33,604 nt of DNA, taken from positions 1-33,604 of the forward strand of contig JAIFKS010000168.1 of assembly GCA_020049465.1 (NCBI GenBank). The letters are read 5' to 3'. Source of the DNA: a bacterium. GTDB lineage: Bacteria; Krumholzibacteriota; Krumholzibacteriia; LZORAL124-64-63. The position numbers and the translations under genes were made by a program. How positions within the stretch are numbered: the stretch's first letter is position 1; every line of letters begins with the position of its first letter. Of the stretch, positions 8,525 through 16,861 are shown in pieces. The notes beneath the pieces are model-generated. The model did not search any database, was not told where the DNA came from, and saw only the letters and a list, made by a program, of their open reading frames with translations.

Positions 8525-10512
8525 CCTCGGCCCGACGGAGTCTGCTTCTGCTGTCTTTCGTGCTGCCCGTCGCCCTCTGGACGGGCAGCACTTCCTACGA
8601 ACCCGCCAAGCTCCTGCTCTGGGCGCTGACCGCGGCGGCCTGGGCCGCGCTGCTCGCGGCGGCCGTCCTGCGTCGCCGCACGCTGACGATCCCCGCGCGC
8701 GGCCTTCTTCTGGCCGCCGGCTCCCTGCTGCTGGTGATGCTGCCCGGCCTGTGGCGCGCCACCGCGCCCGCGCTGGTCGCCCGCGCGATGATCTGGTCGG
8801 CGCTGTGGTGGCTGACGGTGATGACGGCCGCGCTGGCGTTGCGCGAGAGCCGCGATCTTCGGCGACTGCTCTGGTGCGCCACCGGCGGCACGGCCGTGGT
8901 GTGCCTGTACGGCCTGCTGCAGATCGCGCAGATCCTGCCCGGTCCGGGCCACTGGAGCGTGCCGGCCGGCATCAGCACTCTCGGCAACGAGAACTACGTG
9001 GCCGAACTGGCGGCGCTGTGGCTGCTGCCGTCCTTGTTGCTCGTCGCGGGCGCCACGGGAACGGCGAGACGCGCGGCCGCTGCAGCCGTGGTCCTGCTGC
9101 TGCTGGGCATGCTCGCCTTCTCGTCCGCCGCCGCCGCGCGCATCGCCGCGGTGGCCGCCGCCGCTTTCGCGCTGGCCGGCTGGCTGCTGATGCGTTCGCG
9201 CTGGAGCCGTCACCTGCCGGTCGCGCTCGGCGCGCTGGTGCTTGCCGCCGTCGTGACTTCCGGGGCGATGGTGGCGCAGGTGCTGGCCCCCGCGCGCGAT
9301 CCCCTTGCTCCCACATCCTGGACCGCGCGCGTGTTCGCGGCCAATCACGGCGACATCCGCCGCACCGACTGGCTGGTGGCGCGCGAGCAGTGGCGCCGGT
9401 CGCCCCTGTTCGGCCGCGGCGCCGGCAACTACGGGGTCGACTGGCCTGGTACCCGCGCCGCCTTGACCAGTTCCGGCGCGTTCACCGGCCTGGCCGAACG
9501 CGCGCCCGTCGCCACGCGCGCGCACCACGAATACCTGCAACTGGCCGCTGAACTGGGCTGGGCCGGTGTGGTCTGGCTGGGCCTCGTCCTGGCGGCGGGC
9601 GCTCTGGCCTGGAACCGTCGCTGGCGCGCGGCCGCCGCCGACAGCGATCGCCACACGATGCTGCTGCTCACCGCGGGACTGGCGGCGGCCGCCGTCACCG
9701 GGCTGGTCAGCTTTCCGGCGCACCTGCCGGCCTCGGGTTTCGCTCTCGCGCTGCTGGTGGGCGCGCTGGCCTCGCCGGCGTGTGCGCCGGGCGCCGCGAC
9801 GGCCCGCACCACGCGGCTGCCGCGGTGGACCGCGGTTGCGCCCGCATTCGCCGCGCTCGCCTTGATGGTCGGCGCCGTGCGCGCGTTCGAAGGCGACCTC
9901 CTGGTCGCGCGCGGTTCGCGTCTGTTCGTGGAGGGATCATTGGATGCGTCGGTGGCGCCGCTGCGCGCGGGCATCGCGCGCCTGCCCTGGCCGAACGAAG
10001 CGCGCCTGTACCTCGGTCTGGCGCTGGCCGCCGCCGGCAAGCCGGACGAGGCCGCGCCCATGCTGGAGGCCAGCCTGCGCGACCGCCCTTCGTTCGAAGC
10101 CCTGCTCGGCCTCGCGGAACTGCACGTGGACGGCCGCCGCTTCGACCGCGCCGAGGAACCGCTCGTGGTGGTCGAAAGCTGTCGACCGGCGCTGACCTTC
10201 CAGCAGCAGGCGGGGTACCTGCGCGCCCTGGCGGCGCTGCGCGGCGAAAAATGGGACGAGGCGCGCATGCGGTTCACGACGCTGGTCGACAACGATCCGG
10301 GCGACCACCGCAGCTGGCTCGGGCTGGGCTACTTCCACGCGCTGCGGGGCGAGCCGCTCATGGCCGCCGACGCCTACCGCCAGGCGGTGGCGGCGATCGA
10401 GAAGAAGATCGCGGCGCCGGCCCCGGACACGGCCGCCGCGCGTGGGCAGACAACGCGACTGCGGCAGCAGCTGGCGACGGCCCGGCGGGCCCTGGCTTCG
10501 GTCACGGACTGA
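8521..10512 (+). CDS. O-antigen ligase / O-antigen polymerase family (Wzy_C) polytopic membrane protein with a C-terminal TPR-repeat domain
   Basis: GTG at 8521 overlaps the TGA of paralog B (GTGA), i.e. translational coupling. The N-terminus is hydrophobic from that start. It has >8 predicted TM helices. Motifs GRGAGNYGV and RAHHEYLQLAAELGWAG match the GxGxGxF…HxxxLxxxxExGxxG signature of the WaaL/PglL/Wzy_C family. The C-terminal ~200 aa are TPR-like (…YLGLALAAAGKPDEAAPMLEASL…GLGYFHALRGEPLMAADAYRQAV). The ORF-track start at 8410 would overlap 115 nt of the upstream gene. Confidence 0.75.
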   Translation: MTSARRSLLLLSFVLPVALWTGSTSYEPAKLLLWALTAAAWAALLAAAVLRRRTLTIPARGLLLAAGSLLLVMLPGLWRATAPALVARAMIWSALWWLTVMTAALALRESRDLRRLLWCATGGTAVVCLYGLLQIAQILPGPGHWSVPAGISTLGNENYVAELAALWLLPSLLLVAGATGTARRAAAAAVVLLLLGMLAFSSAAAARIAAVAAAAFALAGWLLMRSRWSRHLPVALGALVLAAVVTSGAMVAQVLAPARDPLAPTSWTARVFAANHGDIRRTDWLVAREQWRRSPLFGRGAGNYGVDWPGTRAALTSSGAFTGLAERAPVATRAHHEYLQLAAELGWAGVVWLGLVLAAGALAWNRRWRAAAADSDRHTMLLLTAGLAAAAVTGLVSFPAHLPASGFALALLVGALASPACAPGAATARTTRLPRWTAVAPAFAALALMVGAVRAFEGDLLVARGSRLFVEGSLDASVAPLRAGIARLPWPNEARLYLGLALAAAGKPDEAAPMLEASLRDRPSFEALLGLAELHVDGRRFDRAEEPLVVVESCRPALTFQQQAGYLRALAALRGEKWDEARMRFTTLVDNDPGDHRSWLGLGYFHALRGEPLMAADAYRQAVAAIEKKIAAPAPDTAAARGQTTRLRQQLATARRALASVTD

Positions 10513-10556
10513 CGAACCGCCCGGCTCCGCGGCACGCCGCCGCGCAGAAGCCGCGC

Positions 10557-10574
10557 ACTTGCGCCGGCGCAAGT
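10557..10574. repeat. Copy 2 of the REP-like perfect palindrome ACTTGCGCCGGCGCAAGT
   Basis: 18-bp perfect palindrome 45 nt downstream of the ligase-TPR stop codon; same core as at 2830 and 30766. Confidence 0.55.
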
Positions 10575-10599
10575 CCGGTCGTCCCCGATAGCGAGCGCG

Positions 10600-11052
10600 T
10601 CACAGCCTCCGCAGCCACCGCGAACGCGGCAGTTCCGAGAACCCCTCGCGCTCGTACAGGCGCGCCGCTCGCTTGTGGTCCTCGGTCACTTCGAGGTCCA
10701 TCGCCACGCAGCCGCGTGATCGCGCTTCGCTCATTCCCGCGCGCAGCAGGTCGGCGCCCACGCCGCGCCCGCGCCACGCCGGCAGCACATACAGCTCTTC
10801 GAGCCATGAGCTGAGCCCGCCGTGTTCCAGCGACCAGATCATCGCCACGTAGGCGACGCCGATCAACTGCGCGCCGCTTCGCGCCACCAGCAGGAAGCCC
10901 GTTCGCTCGTCGGCCAGGATGCCCGCCACGGCCTCCGCCACACGCGAGGGATCGGCCGGCAGATCGTGCTCGGCCAGTTGGCTGGTCAGCAGGGTGGCGA
11001 TCGACGACGCCTCGGCTGCGGTTGCCGATCCGATGGTCCAGGACTCGCTCAA
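10600..11052 (-). CDS. GNAT family N-acetyltransferase
   Basis: 150 aa; …LIGVAYVAMIWSLEHG…LEELYVLPAWRGRGVGADLLRAGMSEARSRGCVAMDLEVTEDHKRAARLYEREGF is the acetyl-CoA binding Q/RxxGxG/A motif region. Confidence 0.85.
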   Translation of the reverse strand: MSESWTIGSATAAEASSIATLLTSQLAEHDLPADPSRVAEAVAGILADERTGFLLVARSGAQLIGVAYVAMIWSLEHGGLSSWLEELYVLPAWRGRGVGADLLRAGMSEARSRGCVAMDLEVTEDHKRAARLYEREGFSELPRSRWLRRL

Positions 11053-11070
11053 GGAATCGCCTCCCGCCTC

Positions 11071-11520
11071 TCAGCGGATGATCGAGCGCAGCACCGTCAA
11101 TGGTGACGGCGGCTGTGCGGTCGCCAACGCCAGCAGCGCGGTGACCTCTTCGGCGCGCAGCGGCAGCATGGCCGCCTCGGCCGGCGTGAACCAGGCGGCG
11201 CGCAGGGTGTGTTCGTCGGCGATCGATTTCGGCGGCGCTTCGTCCAACGGCGAAGCCGCGAACACCACGCGCAGGCGCGCGCCGCCTTCGTTCAGGACGG
11301 TGTGCTCGATGCGGTACACGCCGTCCAGGCGCACGTCCACGCCGGCTTCCTCGCGCACTTCCCGCAATGCGGCGGCGGTCAGTGTCTCGCCCGGCTCGAC
11401 ACGCCCGGCCGGCAGGTACCAGCCGCCCCCGTGGTCCGTTTCCTCGACCAGCAGGTACCGGTCGCCGCGACGGACCAGCACCAGGGCATAGAACCAGGCC
11501 GGCATCGATTCGCGGGCCAT
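11071..11520 (-). CDS. NUDIX hydrolase
   Basis: 149 aa; Nudix box GRVEPGETLTAAALREVREEAGV (GX5EX7REUXEEXGU). Confidence 0.85.
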   Translation of the reverse strand: MARESMPAWFYALVLVRRGDRYLLVEETDHGGGWYLPAGRVEPGETLTAAALREVREEAGVDVRLDGVYRIEHTVLNEGGARLRVVFAASPLDEAPPKSIADEHTLRAAWFTPAEAAMLPLRAEEVTALLALATAQPPSPLTVLRSIIR

Positions 11521-11560
11521 CGTTCGCTGCTCCCCATATCCGTTTGGTACGAATCACGAG

Positions 11561-11959
11561 TCAGGACGGATCCCCGTCCAGATTGATGACCGTCAGACAC
11601 ACGCCCGCCACCGTGCAGGCCGCGGCGATGGCGGCAAGATAAGGCCGGACCGGCGGGGTCAGCCCCACATCCGCCGTGTGGTATTCCACATCGGTCACGC
11701 CCAACTCGCGCAGGCGATGGGCGACGTCCCGGGACAAGGCCTCGGCCTCGTCGGGCGACAGCAGGTGGTCGTACCAGGGAATCGGGTCGGCGGCCGCCAG
11801 CAATCCGAAGTGGCCCGACAGGATGTACAAGGGCGTGCCCCGGGCCTGGCCGCGGCGGCACAGATCGCGCAACCGCTCGCTCCGGTAGCGGTTGATGGCC
11901 GGCAGGGGCCGCTTGTCGGAGCGTTTGGGGCCGCTGCAGTAGGAACAGAGGATCTTCAT
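11561..11959 (-). CDS. Hypothetical protein (~132 aa), N-terminus MKILCSYCSGPKRSDKRPLP
   Basis: ATG at 11959 preceded by GGAGG (4-nt spacer). High GC3 and protein-like composition. The ORF-track start at 12049 adds an Arg-rich extension without a ribosome-binding site. Confidence 0.55.
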   Translation of the reverse strand: MKILCSYCSGPKRSDKRPLPAINRYRSERLRDLCRRGQARGTPLYILSGHFGLLAAADPIPWYDHLLSPDEAEALSRDVAHRLRELGVTDVEYHTADVGLTPPVRPYLAAIAAACTVAGVCLTVINLDGDPS

Positions 11960-12100
11960 GTCGCCTCCGGGGGCTCGAGATCCGCCATGTCGGTCATCCG
12001 TTTCGGCGACGAACCGCCGGCGGCAGGTCCCGCCCGAATGATCGTACACGAAGGCGCGCCCAAAGGCCAGAAATCCCCGCGTTCCGCCGCTGGTATTTCC

Positions 12101-12412
12101 CTAGTCGAAGTCGAAGATCTCCGACAGGAAGCCACCTTTCTTTTTCTTCCTGTAGTGGCTGTCGTAACGGTCACCGTCGTGGCGTTCGCGCGACCGGTCG
12201 TCGTCGCGGTCATCATCGCGGGTGGCCGGCGAAGAGGACGGCGGGATCGCCTGTGGCCTCGCGCCCTGGGTCCCGTCCTGGGTGCGCTCGATGATCTTGT
12301 CCAACTCGCCGCGATCCAGCCAGACGCCGCGGCAGTGCGGACAGAAATCGATCTCGATGCCCTGGCGGTCGGACATCATGAGTTGCACCGTCGGGCAGAC
12401 TGGGCAGTTCAT
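12101..12412 (-). CDS. zf-TFIIB-type zinc-ribbon domain protein with a disordered, highly charged C-terminal tail
   Basis: MNCPVCPTVQLMMSDRQGIEIDFCPHCRGVWLDRGELDKII is the classic CPxC…CxxCxGxWLDxGEL zinc ribbon. The tail is RDDDRDDDRSRERHDGDRYDSHYRKKKKGGF. Confidence 0.8.
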   Translation of the reverse strand: MNCPVCPTVQLMMSDRQGIEIDFCPHCRGVWLDRGELDKIIERTQDGTQGARPQAIPPSSSPATRDDDRDDDRSRERHDGDRYDSHYRKKKKGGFLSEIFDFD

Positions 12413-12502
12413 TTTCCACTCCTGAAGGGTGTGCGTCGGGTCGAATGAAAGGCCGTTGGCGCCATGTATAGCACCAACGGCCCTGATGCGCCCGCGGCTT
12501 CG

Positions 12503-12787
12503 TCAACCGGAATGGGCGGCCGGAGCGGTGACGTTCTCGAGTTCGGTCAGGCCCGCGAGCGCCTGCTCGCGGCTGTCACCGCACATTTCCGCCGACGGAC
12601 GCAGGGAGGCGCAGACCCGGGGACGATCGGGCGCGTCGAAGATGCGGCAGCCGTAATCGGCCTGCAGATGGATGCAGGGCACAAAGGCGGGCTTTCCGGC
12701 CGGCATCCCGGGAATCGGTGAAGAGATCGAGGGGATGATGCAGCAGGCGCCGCAGCCGGGACGGCAGCCGGGGTCGTTGGTCTTCAT
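12503..12787 (-). CDS. YkgJ family cysteine-cluster protein (putative Zn/Fe-chelating domain)
   Basis: 94 aa; Cys clusters CRPGCGACC…[25 protein letters not shown]…MC. Confidence 0.7.
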   Translation of the reverse strand: MKTNDPGCRPGCGACCIIPSISSPIPGMPAGKPAFVPCIHLQADYGCRIFDAPDRPRVCASLRPSAEMCGDSREQALAGLTELENVTAPAAHSG

Positions 12788-12912
12788 CCGGCATGCCTAG
12801 CCCTTTCCTGGGCGGATGGCAAGCCGTTGGCCACCGGACTTCAGGAGCACCACCCGCTCCGACGCCGTGAAGCTCCAGGGGTTCGTGTCGGAAGTCAGGG
12901 GCTGAGCGCCGT

Positions 12913-14109
12913 TCAGGCGCCGGGCGTCGTCCGCTCGATCGCCAGCAGCGACACATCGTCGTCGGGCGAACCTCCGCACCAGTCCGTCACGACGGAGGCG
13001 ATCCGGTCGATCCCCGCGCGCAGCGGGAGATCGCGAACCCGCTCGATCTCGGAGATCAGGCGTTCCAGGCCGAACTCGTTCCCGCTTGCGTCGACGGTTT
13101 CGATGGCGCCGTCCGTGTAGAAGTAGAGGCGGTCGCCGGCTTCCAGGGTCAGGCGCTTGGACTCGTACCGCGTGTCTTCGACCATGCCGACCGGCAGCCC
13201 TCCGGCCGCGACCGGGGCGGCCGGCCCGCTTCGCGGCACGAGCACGGGCGCGGGATGACCCGCGACGACGTATTCGATCACGCCGGTTTCAGGGGCGGCG
13301 ATTCCGTAGACCAGCGTGAAGTACTGTCGGGTGCGGTCCATCGGAAACTGGCGATTCAATCGTTCCACGATGCGGGCGGGCGGTACGCTGGCCGCTCTTT
13401 CGCCCAGATTCTCCGTGACGAGGGCTCCCTCTCCGGGCGACAGGAGGTGCGTCAGCGTGAAGGACAGCAGAGCGGCCGCGACGCCGTGGCCGCTGACGTC
13501 CAGGATGTAGATCCCGACCCCGCCGTCAGGCAGGGGCACGATGCCGACCGCGTCGCCGGCAAGGTCATCGCACGGGTGGAAGGCATGAGCGAAATGAAGG
13601 GAGCCGGCATGCACGTCCGGCGGAGGCAGCAGTGACCGCTGGACGCCGGCTGCCAGCCTCACATCCTCCTCGAGCTCGTGTTTCGAGTGCCGCAGCGCTT
13701 CTTCGTCCTGGCGACGTGCCGTCACGTCCGACTGGACGCCGATGAAGTGCGTCAGGCGGCCGGCGCTGTCGTGCACCGGCGTGATCGACAGCCGGTTCCA
13801 GAACGGCTCGCCATCGCTGCGGTAGTTCAGGATTTCGACGAGACACTCGCGGCCGGCGCTCAACGCGGCCCGGATCTCGGCCACCGCGGCCGGATCCGTA
13901 TCCTTCCCCTGGAGGAACCGACAGTTGCGGCCGATCGCCGCCGAGGCGGCGTACCCCGTCATCCGCTCGAAGCCTTGGTTCACGTAGATCAGGGGGCGGC
14001 CGGGCGTCTGCGCGTCGGCGATGGCGATGCCCTCGGCCGCGACATCCAAGGCGCGATCCTTGAGCGTCAGCAGGTCCGCGGGATTGCCGTCGGGTGAGGG
14101 GGCCGTCAC
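12913..14109 (-). CDS. LOV-domain (blue-light, flavin) sensor fused to a PP2C/SpoIIE-type serine phosphatase
   Basis: LOV signature GIAIADAQTPGRPLIYVNQGFERMTGYAASAAIGRNCRFLQGKDTDP, with the adduct-forming Cys in NCRFLQG. PPM phosphatase motifs are in the C-terminal half (GDAVGIVPLPDGGVGIYILDVSGHG…YFYTDGAIE…DDDVSLLAIE). Chosen start is GTG 14109 preceded by GAGGA. The 5' 135 nt of the ORF-track call (to 14244) have low GC3 (gga, tct, ggt, aat, aag, gta…), so that extension is non-coding. Confidence 0.85.
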   Translation of the reverse strand: MTAPSPDGNPADLLTLKDRALDVAAEGIAIADAQTPGRPLIYVNQGFERMTGYAASAAIGRNCRFLQGKDTDPAAVAEIRAALSAGRECLVEILNYRSDGEPFWNRLSITPVHDSAGRLTHFIGVQSDVTARRQDEEALRHSKHELEEDVRLAAGVQRSLLPPPDVHAGSLHFAHAFHPCDDLAGDAVGIVPLPDGGVGIYILDVSGHGVAAALLSFTLTHLLSPGEGALVTENLGERAASVPPARIVERLNRQFPMDRTRQYFTLVYGIAAPETGVIEYVVAGHPAPVLVPRSGPAAPVAAGGLPVGMVEDTRYESKRLTLEAGDRLYFYTDGAIETVDASGNEFGLERLISEIERVRDLPLRAGIDRIASVVTDWCGGSPDDDVSLLAIERTTPGA

Positions 14110-14508
14110 GTGTTCCTCGTCGCTGGAGCCGGGGACATGTCCTCCAGGCGGGCCTCCCCTGCGGTGCGGGGTGAAGCGCCGGAAGAAGTTCGGAGAATTT
14201 ACCTTATTCCCCGCCTGCGCGCCACCAGACAGTCCCCCGAACACGCACCCGATCGGCAGTGCCGTTCACGACGGCGCGCGCAAAGGCCGGTCGCACCATT
14301 TCTGGCACGACCGGCCCCGATTGGGCTGTGGCTTTTTTCATCAGCGCGGCTTCTCACACGGAGACCGCGAAGTGGCCGACGCCCCTGCCGCACACAACGG
14401 GTGTGAGGTTCTCCAGACGCCAGCGCAAGACTGGCTCCGGTTGCGGTGCAGGACATGTTGGGCGGCAGGGGCGCGGCGCTCCCATCCGTGCCACGGCCCG
14501 TCGTTTCC

Positions 14509-15060
14509 CTACAGGTTGCCCGGGATCAGCACCGTGTCGATGACGTGGATGACGCCGTTGCTCGCCACGACATCGGCCTTGATGACCTTCGCGCCCGACA
14601 CCTTCACGCCGTCGGTGGCGTCGATCGTCAGCTTGGTGCCGTTCAACGAGTCGGCGCTCTTGATCTTCACGACATCGGCGGCGCGCACATCGCCGGCCAC
14701 CACGTGGTGCAGGAGCACCTTCTTCAACTGCTCGGGGTTGGCCAGGAGCTTCTCGACGGTGCCTTCCGGCAGCTTGGCGAACGCCTCGTCCGTCGGCGCG
14801 AACACCGTGAACGGACCCTTCTCCGTCAGTGTCGCCTGCAGGCCGGCGGCCTTCACGGCGGCGGTCAGCGTTTTGAAGCCGGCGGCTTCGGCCAGCGGGA
14901 AGATGGCCATCGGAGCGGCAGCAGCCGCGGCCGGCTTCGCGGCGGGATGCTCCTTCGCCTTCGCGGTCGGATGCTCGCTGCCGGCGGCGATGGTCAACTG
15001 CGGGGTCACGACCAGGGCGACCAGGGCCGCCGCGATCAGGGAGCGGGTGTGCTTCATCAT
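14509..15060 (-). CDS. Fasciclin (FAS1) domain protein, secreted
   Basis: ATGATG at 15060/15057. Signal peptide MMKHTRSLIAAALVALVVTPQLTIAAG. FAS1 motifs TVFAPTDEAF…LLHHVV…TVLIP. The ORF-track start at 15174 lies in an AT-rich promoter island. Confidence 0.85.
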   Translation of the reverse strand: MMKHTRSLIAAALVALVVTPQLTIAAGSEHPTAKAKEHPAAKPAAAAAAPMAIFPLAEAAGFKTLTAAVKAAGLQATLTEKGPFTVFAPTDEAFAKLPEGTVEKLLANPEQLKKVLLHHVVAGDVRAADVVKIKSADSLNGTKLTIDATDGVKVSGAKVIKADVVASNGVIHVIDTVLIPGNL

Positions 15061-15130
15061 GTCTGTATCCGTCCTTGGGCTGGGTGTTGTCTTTGGTGTC
15101 GTCTTCTTCGTCGCTCTTTCCACATCACCC

Positions 15131-15159
15131 ACGATAGCATCGTATATATTTTGTGTCAA
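15131..15159 (-). promoter_or_regulatory. Sigma70-like promoter (minus strand) for the fasciclin gene inside an AT-rich island
   Basis: Minus-strand reading: -35 TTGACA (plus 15154..15159), 17-nt spacer, -10 TATCGT (plus 15131..15136). ~70 nt upstream of ATG 15060. Confidence 0.4.
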
Positions 15160-15218
15160 GATATAAATGTACATTATTTATACACAAACAGGGGTAAACG
15201 AGATTTTTGGCTAACTCA

Positions 15219-15229
15219 TTGTTTGATAA
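15219..15229. promoter_or_regulatory. Shared 11-mer TTGTTTGATAA (minus-strand TTATCAAACAA), copy 1, ~160 nt upstream of the fasciclin ATG
   Basis: An identical 11-mer lies at 21380..21390, ~165 nt upstream of the histidine-kinase operon ATG. Both copies are in AT-rich islands, each followed 70-80 nt later by a -35-like TTGACA/TTGAAA. The flanks contain AACTCATT / AATGAGTT, which are reverse complements of each other. Confidence 0.3.
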
Positions 15230-16297
15230 TTAGTTAAGGATTTCGTTCAGCGCCTGGGCAAAGTCCGCTGACTTCGCGATCAGGCGTCCATCGATCGCCG
15301 CAAGCGTCTCCGCGTAGCTGGACGCCGCCGCGCCGCCCACCAGAAGGCCCACTTCCGGGGCCAGCAGGCGCCGCAGCGTCTCCAGTTGTCCGGCCACGAC
15401 GGCATCGCCGGCGGGATAGATCAGGCTCACGAAAACGGCGCGCGCCTGCCGCTGGGCCGCCGCCGCCGCGATTTCCTCGGCGGGCAGATCGGCGCCCAGG
15501 TAGAGAACGGCCCAGCCCGCCTCGAGCCCGAGCGAAGCGGCCATCAGGGCGCCCAGTTCGTGCCGGTTGCGCAGCGGCGTGGCCACGACCAGCAGAGGGG
15601 CGCCGGAATCGGGCACCTGGCTCGCGTTCGCGGCGGCCAGGAAGGAATGGACGATGGTCGAGGCCATGTGCTCGTGCGCGATGCGCAACGTTCCCTGGCG
15701 CCACAATTCGCCGACCCGGGTCAGCAGCGGTGCGAGCAGCTCCTGCCTGAGCACCGGCCGGCTCAGATGCAGGGTCGCCTGCGAAAGCACGTTTTCGAGG
15801 CCCGAGGCATCGAGCGCCGCCACCGCCACCAGGGCCTGCTCCAGCAGCATGTCGGGTGACAGGACCGCTCTTTCGGGCAGGGGACGGCCGGTACGATCCG
15901 GACGCTCCTCACCCGCCGAGCGGCCGGCCGTCGGCATCGCCCCCGGCCCCAGCGCTTCCACCAGCGCCCGCAACTCTACCAGCGGCTGATTCGCCACTTC
16001 GCCGATGCGGTGGTCCGCGGCCGTCAACACGCGCAGCAGGGAAAGCCGTTCGATGTCGAGCTCGGAATAGCGCCGACGCCCCGTCTCCGTGCGCCCGGGC
16101 AGCACCACGCCGTACCGCCGCTCCCAGGCCCGCAACACGAGCTGGCTCAATCCCGTGCGCCGGGCCACCACGGCAATGCTGTGGCGCGGCGTCGTGTCGG
16201 GTGCGGTGGCGGTCGGGATGTGGGCTCCGGGATTCACGGCGGGGACTTTCGTTGAGGGCGGGGCTGGTGACGAACATTCTGGCGTGATGTTAATCAA
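15230..16297 (-). CDS. CarH/LitR-like light-responsive transcriptional regulator: MerR-family HTH + cobalamin (B12)-binding domain
   Basis: HTH HSIAVVARRTGLSQLVLRAWERRYGVVLPGRTETGRRRYSELDIERLSLLRVL aligns with CarH (…[31 protein letters not shown]…). C-terminal B12-binding motifs NRHELG (DxHxxG-type), SLIY and LLVGGAA. The ORF-track start is TTG at 16297; GTG at 16246 or 16237 are alternatives. The stop at 15230 is firm. Confidence 0.85.
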   Translation of the reverse strand: MINITPECSSPAPPSTKVPAVNPGAHIPTATAPDTTPRHSIAVVARRTGLSQLVLRAWERRYGVVLPGRTETGRRRYSELDIERLSLLRVLTAADHRIGEVANQPLVELRALVEALGPGAMPTAGRSAGEERPDRTGRPLPERAVLSPDMLLEQALVAVAALDASGLENVLSQATLHLSRPVLRQELLAPLLTRVGELWRQGTLRIAHEHMASTIVHSFLAAANASQVPDSGAPLLVVATPLRNRHELGALMAASLGLEAGWAVLYLGADLPAEEIAAAAAQRQARAVFVSLIYPAGDAVVAGQLETLRRLLAPEVGLLVGGAAASSYAETLAAIDGRLIAKSADFAQALNEILN

Positions 16298-16303
16298 TTG
16301 TAT

Positions 16304-16325
16304 AGTATTTGTCCATCAAAATACT
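16304..16325. promoter_or_regulatory. Imperfect inverted repeat AGTATTTG-tccat-CAAAATACT in the AT-rich divergent CarH-like / SRPBCC promoter region (candidate operator)
   Basis: Seen directly in the sequence. It sits between the divergently transcribed regulator and SRPBCC genes. Confidence 0.3.
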
Positions 16326-16851
16326 GCCGGAATCCGACGCGGGGGTCTGCCCGACCCGCGCCCCGGCTCCTCCGATCCGGGAGCTGCCCGTGACCCCCCA
16401 TCTGCTGACCAGCGAACAGTTCGTCCCCCGCCCCCGCGACGAGGTGTTCGCCTTCTTTGCCAAACCGGAGAACCTCGGGACCATCACCCCGCCCTGGCTG
16501 GACTTCCGCATCCTGACGCCGTCACCGGTGCCGATGGAGCGCGGCGCCCTGATCGACTATGTCATCCGGGTGGGACCGGCGCCCACGCGCTGGCGCACGC
16601 TGATCACGCGGCACGAACCGCCGCACGCCTTCGTCGACGAGCAACTGCAGGGCCCCTACAGCTTCTGGCACCACACGCACACCTTCGAGGAGACGGACGG
16701 CGGCACGATCATCGGCGACCGCATCCTCTATGTGCTGCCGTTCGGTGTCCTCGGCGTGATCGTCGAACGGCTGTTCATCCGGCGCCAGCTGCAGGCCATC
16801 TTCGCCCACCGGCGCCGCGTCATCGCCGAACGATTCGGCGGCCAGACCTGA
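16309..16851 (+). CDS. SRPBCC (START/Bet v1/polyketide-cyclase-like) ligand-binding family protein
   Basis: …EQFVPRPRDEVFAFFAKPENLGTITPPWLDFRILTP…YVIRVGPAPTRWRTLITRHEPPHAFVDEQLQGPYSFWHHTHTFEE…RILYVLPFGVLG is a typical SRPBCC fold pattern. The start is ATG 16309, or GTG 16390 preceded by GGGAG. Confidence 0.7.
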   Translation: MSIKILPESDAGVCPTRAPAPPIRELPVTPHLLTSEQFVPRPRDEVFAFFAKPENLGTITPPWLDFRILTPSPVPMERGALIDYVIRVGPAPTRWRTLITRHEPPHAFVDEQLQGPYSFWHHTHTFEETDGGTIIGDRILYVLPFGVLGVIVERLFIRRQLQAIFAHRRRVIAERFGGQT

Positions 16852-16861
16852 TCCGGCCGGA

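Noticed and set aside
10502-11557. Minus-strand 351-aa ORF spanning the GNAT and NUDIX genes in another frame
   Set aside because: Low-complexity Arg/Gly-rich translation. The GNAT and NUDIX frames carry clear family motifs.
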